Notes: generated from the letters alone by a model not told the origin. Positions 13,313 to 27,543 are shown, numbered from the whole stretch's first letter. The stretch is 63,339 bases of DNA, filler included, from Dugesia japonica (GCA_001938525.1; 6 parts of 6 records of this genome joined end to end with filler, not necessarily neighbours in it), one strand, 5' to 3'. A program made the numbers and translations.

Positions 13313-14425
13313 AGATATCGATAGTTAATACAATATCTGTATTGTTTATAAATAAACTTTTTATCATTATAATAAGAATGAAATTTGTACATAAAATATA
13401 AAAATAAAGTATGCGGAATTAGAACAAACTCAGAAAGTTCGAATTATAATTGAATCAGTTATAATTGGTTTTGATTTTGATAACTGGCATTATTAATAAT
13501 TGTTGTTACCGGATTGATGTTGNNNNNNNNNNNNNNNNNNNNNNNNNNNNNNNNNNNNNNNNNNNNNNNNNNNNNNNNNNNNNNNNNNNNNNNNNNNNNN
13601 NNNNNNNNNNNNNNNNNNNNNNNNNNNNNNNNNNNNNNNNNNTGCACAAAAATTATGGAAAGAAATAGAAAATGTGCCTGCTCCAAACAATTTACAAAGA
13701 ATTTTCTGGTCTACAAATTCTACACAAATTATTTGAATAAAAGTTGTAAAATTATTTATTTATTTCTAATTTCTGTTGCGAATTTAATTAATTAATTCAT
13801 TCATTTGATTGAACAGATTTACCATCCAAATAAAATTAACCATTTCTATTATCTAATAATAAATGAGTTCTTTATTAATAATTATATTTTGAAATATTTT
13901 AAAGAAAAATTGATTAACTAAGATAATGAATAACTAATAAATTTGGGTTATGAAATTGTTCTGTTCTCTATTGTTATATTCTCTATTGTTATATTTTCTA
14001 TTTATAAAATTTAATTACATAGTTAATTATGAAGAATGAAACAAAGTATTTATGATTATCACTGAAATATATAAAATAATTTAGAATTTATATTGATTTA
14101 TGATTGTTTATTTAGAAAGTTTTCGATATCAATAAATTGTGATAACATTTCAATTATTTTTATTTACAAATCAATATTTGAACGACTGAAATTAATAAAG
14201 GGTTAGTTTCTGTTGTTTTGTTACATTTATAATTCGTCGACATAATTTTTAGTTTTTTTCAAATATTTATGGTTATGAAAATCTTCTGAAGACAATTTAT
14301 TTTCAACTCATTCACACATTAGTTATTCATTAAATTAAGAGATGACTTCAACAAATGTAAAAGATATAAAACGAATCATTTTTCTAATTGAAACTTTTTT
14401 TACCAATTTTTATTGGTTAACAATG

Positions 14426-14880
14426 AGGTTGGTAAGAAAATGCAATGTATACGACAATAGAAAGTGGGCATCGCAATGGTTGGACAAAGGCAAAGCACCA
14501 TATCATTTTCCAAAGCCGAAATTGTATCAAAAAAAGACATTTGTGACGGTTTGGTGATCCACATCCTGTCTGGTTCATTACAACTTTTTAAATCAAGGGG
14601 AAACTATGACGGCAGAAAAATATTGCCAAGAAATTGATGAAATGCACCACAAATTTAAATCTATGTGCGCGGCATTAGTTAACAGAAAATATCTCATTAT
14701 TCTTCACGACAATGCCCATCCACACGTCGCAAATCTATCCCTGCAGAAACTAAATGGTTTATGATTTGAAAGTCTGTCTCATCCACCATACTCCACCCGA
14801 CCTGTCGCCAACCGAATATCATTTTTATCATCTCTCAAATTTGCTTCAAGAGAAAGCCTTTCATAATGACAACGATGTTC
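14426..14880 (+). pseudogene. mariner transposase catalytic fragment
   Basis: YDNRKWASQWLDKG...KKTFVTVW*...LHDNAHPHVA...HPPYS; stops and frameshifts. Confidence 0.9.
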
Positions 14881-15699
14881 TACATTTATAATTAAAATAT
14901 TTATTATAATGATATCGAATCTACAAGTAATGTGACAGTAATGCTAGTACAGTGAAGAAATGCTTAAATGAGACATTGATCATAGTATATTTAGATGATA
15001 TTCTAATATTTAGAACAATAAAGATTAACACATTGAAATAATTGATAGAGAATTGGCATAATCCATGACAGCCGCATTATGAATTTACAACCGGGAGTTT
15101 ATAGAAACGTTTATAGATTTTAGAACACTTTTGTAGCAATCTACCGTAAACCTTTTGAAATTTGAAATATCATTACTTATAATATAAGACGATTTCCTAT
15201 AATTAACAAAGAAAATATTATGCAAAACCCTAAAAACCAAGAAATTGTCTATTTTTGAAAATGGCTGTAGTACTTATATTATGTTATAAAATAAACATCC
15301 GACTATATTGAAACAGTTTATATACCTGAAAACTGTTTCTTTTAATCATTTTAATAAATAATATGAAGTTAATCATTTTTATATAAAAGTGTATTTATGA
15401 AATCCTTTTCAAATTAAGCTTTAAGCGCATTTAACAGTTCTGTATGATTTATATACATTATAATAGCATTTCTTAAAGTTTCCATAGACTTACAATGTGA
15501 TATTTATTTGATTAGCCGTTCTAAACCTACTTTCTGTCATTTAGATTGTAGGTGGCTTGAATTCTTCTCTATCTAACAAACTGCATTTGATAAGAATTTA
15601 TTTAGATTTTTCGGAAATGCTTTTTAATTTTGACCAGTCTGTGTGATTTCGAACACCAAATCAAACTGTTTAATAATAAAAATTTAATAAATAACTAAT

Positions 15700-16000
15700 G
15701 CAGCTATTTAGGCTTTGAAGATCTTCATTATCTACATAAAAAATTAATTCAGCCATTAAACAATAAATAGCTTTTCAATTCCATCAGGTTAAAGTGACAT
15801 TAACCGGAATATGTAGTGTTTTAATATGTAGTTTATCACCACCTTCTCGTAATGTTGGGATTCCCTTACAAAGTTCTAACAAATACCAATAGTCTTCTCT
15901 CCTAGTTTCTGCAGTAGTAACATCAATGCATGAAATTTGAGGCAACCTTTTAACTTCTAAATATTTTTTCAGAAATTCAGACAATTTGGCTTTTGATTTG
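15700..16000 (-). pseudogene. Probable DNA transposase fragment (hATm-like)
   Basis: RREDYWYLLEL...PVNVTLT*WN*KAIYCL resembles the RDDY.ELLEL...ARWM.KAIY.L signature; recognised from memory only. Confidence 0.4.
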
Positions 16001-16939
16001 AATGGTATTGTATATTCGGTCCAGTTGATTAATCACCATCTCAACTCTTAATAACGAGCACAATAAAACTCGAAAGTAACACAATAACGAGTATAAAGAA
16101 ATNNNNNNNNNNNNNNNNNNNNNNNNAATATGAAATAATATCCTCAAAAAACATCATAGTTATTCTAAGCTGAAATTTCAAAAAATTCATAAACTCTCGC
16201 GACAACTTAAAATTTACAGACAAAAACTATCAATGTTAGATAGATAGAATTATAAAATTATCGAATACTATGACTTTTTTCCACCCTTTTTCCATATTAG
16301 AGATAAGTTTATTAATCTTCCTCCTCGCTTTTATAATAACAATAATTCTAATAAATAAGCAATGCAGGTAGAAGAATCTTCAACAAACAAATACAAGCAA
16401 GTAATCACACACAACCAANNNNNNNNNNNNNNNNNNNNNNNNNNNNNNNNNNNNNNNNNNNNNNNNNNNNNNNNNNNNNNNNNNNNNNNNNNNNNNNNNN
16501 NNNNNNNNNNNNNNNNNNNNNNNNNNNNNNNNNNNNNNNNNNNNNNNNNNNNNNNNNNAACATTCAACAAAGTGAATTATGTGCAAAATCTTTTGAAATT
16601 CAACACAATTGATAAGGATGTTGTTAAGGTTAGATTTATAGTATCAAAAAGATATTAACTAAAAGAAATAACTGGATATATTAAAACAGATAATAATCCA
16701 GAAAGAGTGATAATGAAAAATAAAGGAGCAGTATAAGTAGTCAGATTCCATGCAGCAAAGACAGCTATCACATTTTCATATTAAATTCAAAACCTCACAA
16801 GTCTTCATAAATTTTTATTTATTATTACAAGTGTTTTTGAATAAACTAAAATAATGATGAAGAATAATTCATAGTATTCAAACAAAGATTCTCAAAAATT
16901 TTTCAATAAAATATTTTAAAAATATCGATTTGATTTTAC

Positions 16940-17669
16940 ACAATTTTGTAACGGATAACTTTTGTTGAATTGTCCTCATTTTGAAATACCCAAACAAATA
17001 TTTATTCTGAGGCTCGTATGACTAAATCCAAGATTCATCACTACTCACAATGCTGTAGATATTTTTTGAGCTTCCGTTGTTACACCTAGTCAAAGTTTTT
17101 CAGCACCAATTGACTCGAGCCGTTCTCTGTCTATTGGTTAGCAAATGTGGAATCCAACCGGAAATTAATTTTCTTACCCGATTCTTCATGCATGAGATTT
17201 TGCAAAGTGGTCTTTGAAATTCCCAAGTAAGACTCCATCTCACATTATGTCGCAGGTTGATCTTCCTTCATTAGTTGACGCAGAGCATCAATATCTCCTT
17301 GGATGACTACTGTTCATGGTATACCATTTCTTCGGTCATCTGTGAGATTAAAGCGTGCACGTTTTTAGTTTCCGTACCAGCGCGAAATTGTCGACTGATG
17401 TAAAGCTTTATCCCGAAAAACTTAACTCATCTCGGATCAACATTGTTCTTGAGATAATCCTCTTCGATAATTATAGAAAATTATAGCCCGAAAATTTTCT
17501 TTCTGTTTATTTGGATTTTAAAATAAACACTGCTATTAAATGAATTTATATATTTAAAACAAATCTTGAATATCAATTTCTTAAATATTGGCGTCTGTTT
17601 TACATTCTAAAATTTTATTATCGGAAGCTTATATACAGCTATATACAGAACTTAAAAGCAGCCAACGTA
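16940..17669 (-). mobile_element. 5' half of a mariner element
   Basis: TIR-like end TACGTTGGCTGCTTTTAAGTT at 17669; ENFRAIIFYNYRRGL...WIPHLLT...IVSSDESWI; many stops. Confidence 0.85.
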
Positions 17670-18106
17670 CTGATTTAATAATTTATAATGAATTTGTTTT
17701 GTATTTATATAATAACTGTAAAATTATTTCTCATGTTTTCTTAAAGTATTTTGTAACATTGAAATTTATTAAATAATGTTTGATATTCAGAAATATCAAT
17801 CGGAATGTGTCAGAATAAAATTATTTTCATAATTTTCAATAATAAAGAAGTCCTAATAAAAGTTGGTTTTCATTTAATAAATTTGAACATTAATGAGATA
17901 AAATGAAAAAAATAATTTCATTTATTATTTTTAATTTTTAAATTAATATGTAACAGTAATAAAATATTATTATATAAATTAATTTTTTATTGAAAAGTTG
18001 GTAAATTAAGATTTATAGCCGTCTTATATTCAGTATAATCACAATAATGATTATTATGAGTATGTTTTGAAAAGCGAATTGAAATTTATTTTGTTTGGGT
18101 TAGAAA

Positions 18107-18206
18107 NNNNNNNNNNNNNNNNNNNNNNNNNNNNNNNNNNNNNNNNNNNNTTAATTAATTAANNNNNNNNNNNNNNNNNNNNNNNNNNNNNNNNNNNNNN
18201 NNNNNN
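18107..18206. other. Artificial 100-bp contig spacer
   Basis: 44 N + TTAATTAATTAA (18151-18162) + 44 N. Confidence 0.95.
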
Positions 18207-19789
18207 AATAATAAGAATAATTACAAGTGGATTAGGTTAGAATTTAAAGCCAAAACGAATGTCAGAAACTAGCATAACAGACAAGATGAATTGACATAAA
18301 ACGAATAGAGGTTTAACAAACCAGATTGTTATAAATTCAATTAGTCTAAAATAATTAACAAAACTAAAATGTGACTATTATCTATATGGGATTCACAAAA
18401 TTGCTTATTTATTGTTTCGATGAGCCATTCATTCAATCTCTGATATGCACCAGTCATTGGAATGCCGGAAATTACTAATGGATAATAGTTTTAATGCAGG
18501 TTGCTGGTTCAAAATAATATGCGACTTCATCATCATCAGCAGCAGCATCCACAGCACCGCCACAACATAAATTTTATTTTGCAAAATATAGTGAAAAAGT
18601 TCTCGAAAATTTTCAAAAAAAATTAAATAATCTAATTATTTCAATATGAAATTTATGAAAAAAAGTTGCTGTTAATTTTTCTCACTATTACAAATTAATT
18701 ATTTCCATTGCTAATTTATAAAATTTTTTACTCAATTATCTATATAAGAAAACTTAGAAATAGTCAAGTTATTATTATTCTTTTATTATTCTGCGAAAAA
18801 TTAATGTTTTGCATTATTATTAATTTGTTACATCAATTATGAAGAAATTTTAATTTCTAAAATAACTTAGTACTTCATCATCATCATCATCAGCATCAGT
18901 AAATTCGTTTTTAATAATTTTTTTACAATGAAACGTGTTTTTAAAGATTTAATTAATTATTTATTAATTTGTAGTTGTTTGTATCACTATTCATTATTCA
19001 ATTTAGAGAATATTATTTCCAAAATTCTTTTCAGTCATGCTACATATTACTTAATANNNNNNNNNNNNNNNNNNNNNNNNNNNNNNNNNNNNNNNNNNNN
19101 NNNNNNAATAATAAGAATAATTACAAGTGGATTAGGTTAGAATTTAAAGCCAAAACGAATGTCAGAAACTAGCATAACAGACAAGATGAATTGACATAAA
19201 ACGAATAGAGGTTTAACAAACCAGATTGTTATAAATTCAATTAGTCTAAAATAATTAACAAAACTAAAATGTGACTATTATCTATATGGGATTCACAAAA
19301 TTGCTTATTTATTGTTTCGATGAGCCATTCATTCAATCTCTGATATGCACCAGTCATTGGAATGCCGGAAATTACTAATGGATAATAGTTTTAATGCAGG
19401 TTGCTGGTTCAAAATAATATGCGACTTCATCATCATCAGCAGCAGCATCCACAGCACCGCCACAACATAAATTTTATTTTGCAAAATATAATGAAAAAGT
19501 TCTCGAAAATTTTCAAAAAAAATTAAATAATCTAATTATTTCAATATGAAAAAAAAAGTTGCTGTTAATTTTTCTCACTATTACAAATTAATTATTTCCA
19601 TTGCTAATTTATAAAAATTTTTACTCAATTATCTATATAAGAAAACTTAGAAATAGTCAAGTTATTATTATTCTTTTATTATTCTGTGAAAAATTAATGT
19701 TTTGCATTATTATTAATTTGTTACATTAATTATGAAGAAATTTTAATTTCTAAAATAACTTAGTACTTTATATTGATATTATTAAATAC

Positions 19790-19828
<39 letters not shown>

Positions 19829-19986
19829 GTAAATTCGTTTTTAATAATTTTTTTACAATGAAATGTGTTTTTAAAGATTTAATTAATTATTTATTAATTT
19901 GTAGTTGTTTGCATCACTATTCATTATTCAATTTAGAGAATATTATTTCCAAAATTCTTTTCAGTCATGCTACATATTACTTAATA
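18207..19986. repeat. ~850-bp near-identical duplication (18207-19056 vs 19107-19986) across an N gap
   Basis: Both copies start at the same base right after Ns; they differ by a few SNPs/indels and (CAT)n length; likely two alleles. Confidence 0.85.
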
Positions 19987-20177
19987 TTCTAATGAGATCT
20001 ATTTCTCTATTTTAAAATGAAATACAGGTGGTGGTATTTTGAATCGATTAAATACAAACTATAACTGGTAGATAAGTCAAAGATACTCGTCGTTGAATTA
20101 AGAATAGTTGTTGATTTCATAAAATATTTTTTAAAAAACAAAGATAATAAATTAGTTTTTTAAACAAATTAAACAAG

Positions 20178-20479
20178 ATTTTGAAAAACGAATTTTGTCA
20201 TTTAAAATTTATTTTTAAATGCAAAGATCAAATTGATGTTCTTCTATTTTCATAGATGGTTCGATATTTCGGCTATGTAAATAACCGAGAATAACCAATG
20301 AAAATTAATTTTTATCAGATAAATGTAAATTGTGTTTCTATTTAAACAATTATAACCAGAATGAATTGAGCAATAGTTCCTGAATAAGGCATAGCCGAAA
20401 TATTGAACCATCTATGAAAATAGAAGAACATTTTGCATTTACAAATAAATTTTAAATAACAAAATTTGTTTTTCAAAAT
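20178..20479. repeat. Inverted repeat (~90-100-bp arms), PLE-type terminus
   Basis: 20178-20277 is the reverse complement of 20390-20479 with a few mismatches and one indel. Confidence 0.85.
20376..20408 (+). ncRNA. Minimal type I hammerhead ribozyme motif (G8 mutated)
   Basis: GTTC-CTGAATA-A-GGC-ATA-GCC-GAAA-TA-TT-GAAC: stem I GTTC/GAAC, stem II GGC/GCC, palindromic mini stem III. Confidence 0.6.
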
Positions 20480-21332
20480 ATTTATTTAATACAAAGATCA
20501 ATAGTTAGATTAATTTTTAAAAAGAAATTTAAATTAAAGAAGACTAAATATTTTGAGATTCCACTTTAACTTGAAGAATTTTTAAACAAAAATATTTTAA
20601 AAGTTTTTAATTTATTTATTTAAAATATAATTTAAAAATCTTATTTTATTTATTACAATCTCATTTAACTAGAATGATTAGTTAATTAATTAACGCTAAA
20701 TTCTCCAAATAAAGCAAAGCAGAAATCTCCAGAAAATTTACTTATGCCATACATCTTTTCTTACAATCGCAATAAACAGTAATTGTTTAATAAAGATATT
20801 TAATTTGATCCTGTTAAATCTCATATGGAAATAGGGAATTTTTTAGTATAATCTATTGCATTTAAATTAAGATTAATAATTTTCCTACACATGTTTAAAG
20901 TCTGGCAGTATGATTCTTTTCTAATTTTAAAAGAATATTTCTTTTAATGATAAAAAATGATCATATTTACCAAATTTTTACAAACAATGAATATAAATTA
21001 TTTAATAAAAATATTAATTGAAAACAATTTTAAAAAATTATTTTATTTAATTTTTAAACAATAATTTTAAAATAAAAATGACGGAACATTTTATAAAGGT
21101 GAACACTCTATTTTCACATATTTCATGCTCATTCATGGATTTTAATATTGTACTAGAATCTCTTTAATTATTATTAATTAGAAATGAAATCTTTATTTTT
21201 TTTTCATTAGCTTAAATACTTAAAATTTTAATAATAATCTAAACATTTCTTTGGTATTAATAAATTAATAAATAATTAATATTACATATAAATTTATACA
21301 ATAAATAAATGAATGTAAATAATGAAAATTAC

Positions 21333-21857
21333 ATGGTTATGCTTAGGAAATGCACTTTCTAAAGAACTGTGTTTGGTATATTCTAACAATCTATTAGTTT
21401 CATTTGGTAAGGAAAACTCAGAACCTTTGGATTTTGGATTAAAATTCAGCATATTTTGTTCAATACATTCAGATTGATAAAGAGGCGCATTTTGACGATA
21501 TTGAAGTTGTGGTTGATTGTGATGATAATTATTTATATGATGTGTTCCAACATTTAGGCCCGATAAAGAATTGATTGTGTAATTTGAATACGGCAAAAAG
21601 GATACAGTAGAAAAATCTTTACTACAATAAATGCTAGAGCAAAACACTTCAGGCCCATATGTCCATGATTCATATGGTAAAGATGTATTTGTTGGATACT
21701 GTCGAGATGGATTAAGTTTTTGTAGCTGATTTGTCCATTCATTCATTAACACTTGTAAATACTTATCGTTTTGACAGTCCCTACATGATCCTTGATTGGT
21801 ACTGTTGCACAAGCTTATATCAAATTCCTTCGAAAGCAATGAATCTGATTTATTATT
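21333..21857 (-). CDS. Probable internal exon of a host gene (175 codons, N/S/Q/Y-rich, no recognisable domain)
   Basis: Stop-free 525 nt bounded by TTTAG| acceptor (21858-9) and |GTAATT donor (21331-2), both phase 0; GC higher than flanks. Confidence 0.55.
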
Positions 21858-22182
21858 CTAAATATATATTAATAATAATTTTGACATAAATCATTTTTAA
21901 AATAACTATAAAGGAAAAATATAATAGCGACAATCAAATTAAATATTTACAAAATAAAAATTGAAAATATTAAAATTGATATATTATCTAATTGTTTCGA
22001 AAACTAAACTGTACAATTTTAAAATTTTCTAGCAGAGTTAGAAAGGAAATTAGAAATATTTAAATAAATTTAGACATTTGTTTTCTTTTTATATAAGTAT
22101 AGTCTGATGAACAATAGATAAGCTACATTATATAAATCATATTTAATTATTCTTAACTTTATCATAATAATTATTAACATTT

Positions 22183-22412
22183 ATTAGGTTGGTAAGAAAA
22201 CAGTGTCAGTTTTTGACTTTCAATTTTAAGCTAAAATAACTCAAAGACAACTAAACTTTATTAATTAAAATATCAACCCTTACAATGAACACATGCTTTT
22301 CAAATGGAAACAAGCTTTCTCATTTAATAAAGTTGTGGAAGACATTATCGGTTTTTAAATATTTTTCAATCCGGGAAAACAAGAAGATTTTTAAAAAAGT
22401 AATAGGCAGTAG
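22183..22412 (-). mobile_element. mariner 3' end remnant
   Basis: TIR TTAGGTTGGTAAGAAAA...; minus strand reads RKLVSI*KACVHCKG*YFN*, resembling a mariner C-terminus. Confidence 0.65.
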
Positions 22413-23209
22413 NNNNNNNNNNNNNNNNNNNNNNNNNNNNNNNNNNNNNNNNNNNNNNNNNNNNNNNNNNNNNNNNNNNNNNNNNNNNNNNNNNNNNNNN
22501 NNNNNNNNNNNNNNNNNNNNNNNNNNNNNNNNNNNNNNNNNTTAATATTTCTACGCGAAAATTGACAAATTTTATTTTGTTTAATAATCGATGAATATAA
22601 AATAGTTTTCATTTATCATTCAGAAATTATTCAAAATTTTATAGGAAATATACAAATATATTATATTATTTTTTCGAAGAATATTAAATTTTAGATTAAT
22701 GTCAAGCATAATTAAATTGTAGAACGCAGTCATCAAAATGATGACTAATATCAATTTAAATAATTTACAATGATTTCTGCCAAATCCTGGGCATTCTCAG
22801 TTCAAATTACAAAAATGATTTTTATTTTATTGATAAAATATTGGATAATAACAAAAATTATGTGTAAAATAATAAAAATTTGATTTCTTTCAGTAAAACT
22901 TTTCATTAAACAAATATGATAAATTTAATTTGTAAGAAATTAACTTCACAAAACAGACCGTTTAGGTTTCACTTTATTTCACTTTAAAATGCAGTTGATA
23001 TTTAATTGTCGAAATAAATAAATTAAATAATAATAACAATAATAATTGTGAGAAATGTTAAAAAGAATTTTTTAAGTTTTAGAGAAATAATGAATTATTT
23101 TAAATAAAAAAGACGATGTTAGTTTTAAAGTATTTTCAATTTTGTGAGATTATTGAATTGAACTATTATTTATTAAACTGCTCTGAAATTTTTTCACAAA
23201 TTTACTACA

Positions 23210-24494
23210 CAGGATGCGCGAATAGAATTGGCGCGTAAGATGCAGTAAAGAAAATATTTCTAAAAACTACAAATTTGATCATTTATTTGACATTTCACAA
23301 ATATCAGTAATATTAAACATCAAAGGTTGTAATTACTCAATAAAATCAGCATCAGCATCAATTACCGCCTTTACACGACCCCTGAAACGAGAACAGGCCA
23401 TTTTAACAACACCATGAGACAAATTTTAAAATGCTTGGCCTATTCTATTACGCAGTTCGTTTTTGTTATTGCAGGCAGTGTCATTTGTTATCACTTCAAC
23501 CACGCTCCATACGTGATAGCCAAGCGGATTACAAGCAGGAGAGTTTGGAGGCCACAATTCAGGAAAAACATGGTCATAAAAGTATTCTGACATCCACTTT
23601 TGAGATTTTCTGGCAGTGTCTGCTGGAGCTGAATCTTGTTGAAACACGTAAGGTTTCCCAGCGGTAACTCTTTCTATCCAAGGTTTTACGACAGTGGAAA
23701 GAATATTTTGATACATTCTGATTCACCCTAAGACCTTCCTCAATGAAATTTGGAGACATAACATCACCTTCACTACTAACCATACTAAAAACCATAAGGT
23801 GTGCTGGAAATTCGGTTTTCATAACTCTGGGCACATTGTCAGGACTCACAGCTAGCCATCTGTTATTTTGCGTATTGTGAGTCCGATCCTGACAAAAATA
23901 TTTTTCATCCGAAAAAAAACACATCTTTAGCTTCAGTGGATGTTTAATCTTTTGCAAAAGTTTCTTACTCTTCATTTTCAATTTTTTGTTAGAAGCTATC
24001 TCTTTGCATCTTATATGACTTGTAGCCAATATCTTCTTCCATGCAGACTCTTATAGTACTGTCGCAGGTGCCTTTTTGTCAAGAAATCTCACGCATTGAA
24101 ATGGATGGGTCATAATGAACGAGTTGCTTCACATCTTCAATGAATTTTGGGTTTCTAACTCGCTGTTCTGGTCGATCGTGATTTTTTCTGTTACCAACCA
24201 GATCGACGTTAAAGTCTGAATCAACCAACTGCTTCCTGATTCTTTGAATTGTTTTCATAGGCAACTTCAATTTCTCACAAATATCATTGTTGGTCATTCC
24301 GGCGCATATGACATACACAATGACCTTTCTTTTCTATTCTTCGGGCCACTGACATTTTTGAAATTTGTAATATTTCCATTTTTGAATAAAGCATTGATCA
24401 CATTAAATTTATCAATAAAAATAATGATATAAATGCATTTTTTTAATAAGATTTTACATTTAGAAAATGGCGCAAATTCTAATCGCGCACCCTG
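23210..24494 (-). mobile_element. Full-length defective maT (DD37D) Tc1/mariner-superfamily element
   Basis: TIRs CAGGATGCGCGAATAGAATTGGCGC / CAGGGTGCGCGATTAGAATTTGCGC; FSDEK, FQQDSAP, WPPNSPACNPL(G)Y with 37 residues between the second D and the third (mutated) position; frameshifts. Confidence 0.9.
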
Positions 24495-25791
24495 TATATT
24501 TTATATTTTTTAAAAATAATAAAAATAAAATAATAAATAATTTTTTCAAAATAATAAAAAAAGGTTTTTTTTGTTTCACTTTATCATAACATTTCAGCAA
24601 TAAATGATATAAGTATATAATTTCAATATTAATTATTTTTATTTGTACAATTTCTTAATTTAAATGTAATTGATATTATTAAATTATCCATTTGGTGTTT
24701 TAATAAATTTGGAATAATTAAAAATAATTTGTGGGTATCAATAATTGTTTGAATAAAACAATTTGGTTTTCCATAAAGGGTCTGTATGCCTAACACCTAA
24801 CAATAATCATTTCGGAATAAAAATTTCATGCTTCCTAAATGTGCATTATTTACCAGAAAATACAGTAACAACAATTTACAAGTAATAAATGAAAAAATCA
24901 ACGTGAAAATGATTATAGTTAAGTTATTGATTAGTATTGTATTTATATGATTTATTTGAACGCTTCTAACGATGTTTTTAGGAATTTCCGTAGCTATAAA
25001 CATTGTTTTTCTAATATAATTTTAATAATATATTAATAATAATATGTTATAATATAATTTTTAATAGTAATATAATTTATAAACTCTATTTTCGTTATAA
25101 AGAAAACTTCGTTTTTAAGCGATCTGCAGTGTTATTAATGCAGAATAAAATAAATAAATCATAGCAATTTATTATGCTTTCTAAATTTACAATTACATGA
25201 AAAATTTGTACAGTTACTATAAAAAATTATTTGATAAATTTTACATTTACTAACCACGTATAATGATAACATAACAATAGAAACAAAGTAAACATTTATC
25301 ATACGTAATAACATCATCTTACATACCATATAAAATTTTATGTAAATAAAATTTCTATTAATAATTCATCATTTATTAAGAACAAAAAATTGATAAACGT
25401 TTAACTTTCAAAAATCATTGGATATAAATATATAAATACGCGATTTGCAGAATAATATTCCGCAAGTTATAATCAGTAGAACTAATATCTTCTTTGTGAA
25501 GATTATTCGAAAATTTCTAATTTTCATTAAAAATGGTAATTTATTAATATATCAATTAAATTTTTAAAAAAAAACTTAGATCTATGATAAATACCCATTT
25601 TGCATTCAAAACAAGTAATGAAACATAATGAAACAAGTCCTTAAAAACAATAAAAATATACGGAATATAAACTATTTACATCTGCTGTCAAGGTAATAAC
25701 CAGCTTAAATAAAAATACAAACTGAGTAGAAGATGAAATAAATAAAAACATAGATGCACCACCTAATTATAAACTCATCAAACTAGTCAAA

Positions 25792-25796
25792 TATTA

Positions 25797-25861
<65 letters not shown>

Positions 25862-26128
25862 NNNNNNNNNNNNNNNNNNNNNNNNNNNNNNNNNNNNNNN
25901 NNNNNNNNNNNNNNNNNNNNNNNNNNNNNNNNNNNNNNNNNNNNNNNNNNNNNNNNNNNNNNNNNNNNNNNNNNNNNNNNNNNNNNNNNNNNNNNNNNNN
26001 NNNNNNNNNNNNNNNNNNNNNNNNNNNNNNNNNNNNNNNNNNNNNNNNNNNNNNNNNNNNNNNNNNNNNNNNNNNNNNNNNNNNNNNNNNNNNNNNNTTA
26101 TTATTATTATTATTATTATTATTGTTAT
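25792..26128. repeat. (ATT)n microsatellite spanning a gap
   Basis: Direct. Confidence 0.95.
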
Positions 26129-26972
26129 TAAAAAATCCGTAAATATTATAAATAAAATTATAAGAAAAAAATATTTTATAGAATATATTAGAATATTAGG
26201 AGAAATAAGAAAACAAATAATTTTGAAAAAATGAAAAACAATTTCATATGAATTCTTTTCAGTAAAACTGTCTTCATCAGTAAAAAAATATTTTTTTCAT
26301 ATTTTCTGAGATAATCATTTCGAAATAAATTATTCAGTAAGCAGATATTATTTTACAGAAGAAATGTTAAAACAAATATCAGAAATTTGAAGAAATGAGA
26401 ACAGATATTTCAGAAAATATAAGAGAAATTTAGACTAACTGACTTCACAGTATTCTTAGTAAAAAAGGAAACAAAATTTATATTTGGTCATCAAAAGTGG
26501 TTCAAAATAGAAGAAAACGTGTGTTATATTTTGTGAGTTTGAGAAAAAGATAACAATAAACGATGTCGATATTGATTGAATACATATATTTATAATTCAT
26601 ATAATGAAACTGATAAAATATTTTTTTATCATTCATTTCAATTTCATTGGTATTTTAAAATCATTTTTATTTTTCTTCTTTCATTTATCTTTAGAAGAAT
26701 CGATTTATAAGAAACTAAATATTTAAGTATTAAATTTAAATATTAAATGATAAATTAAAGATTGGTAAAATTTTTGATACTGCTTAGTTATAAAATATAA
26801 ATAAATTTCATTTGAGATTTCATTAAATTAAAACTTCNATCAAAATGTTGTTTTGTTATTTTTTTCTTTTTTTTGTAGTTATCCGAATTCGAAACTCAAA
26901 CATAATCCAAGAATAATATACAAAACGCTAGTACATTTTGGTGTCCAATTAAATAAACCAAGATAAAACCTT

Positions 26973-27170
26973 TGTGGTCCCAAATATATCTGTGATGGTA
27001 GAAATATATTTTATAAAAAAAATATCACTTATCAAATAACATGCACCTGATGTAAGGATACATATATAAGAGAAACATGTAGAACCATCAGAACAAGAAT
27101 TAAGGAACATATCAAACAGAATTAAAGTGAAGTCTTCAAACACTTTCAACACAAACATAAAATCTCACCA
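26973..27170 (+). pseudogene. Penelope-like GIY-YIG endonuclease fragment
   Basis: KKNITYQITCT*CKDTYIRETCRTIRTRIKEHIKQN*SEVFKH matches the PLE 'VY.I.C..C...YIGET.R....R..EH' motif. Confidence 0.85.
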
Positions 27171-27443
27171 GAAAACATTAGGAATAGGCTACCTTTCTAC
27201 ACTTCACAGGAAAAAATATGAATAAATATTGATCAAATATGATCATAATCAATGTAGTTTATAATAATTAAAATAAATTTCAAACAATTTTACTTAAATT
27301 AAATTAAAATTATCCTATAAAATTTCAATAAATTTTTTGTAAAATTTTCCAATATTGGTTAAATTTTATAATTACAATTATTATGAGAATAATTGTTGGA
27401 CTTAAACATTGATCGCATTTGAGATTTCATTAAAATAAGAAAA

Positions 27444-27543
27444 NNNNNNNNNNNNNNNNNNNNNNNNNNNNNNNNNNNNNNNNNNNNTTAATTAATTAAN
27501 NNNNNNNNNNNNNNNNNNNNNNNNNNNNNNNNNNNNNNNNNNN
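27444..27543. other. Artificial 100-bp contig spacer
   Basis: 44 N + TTAATTAATTAA (27488-27499) + 44 N. Confidence 0.95.

Noticed and set aside
18207-19986. Biological tandem duplication
   Set aside because: Copies start at the same base after N gaps and differ like alleles; the same applies to 10464-11398.
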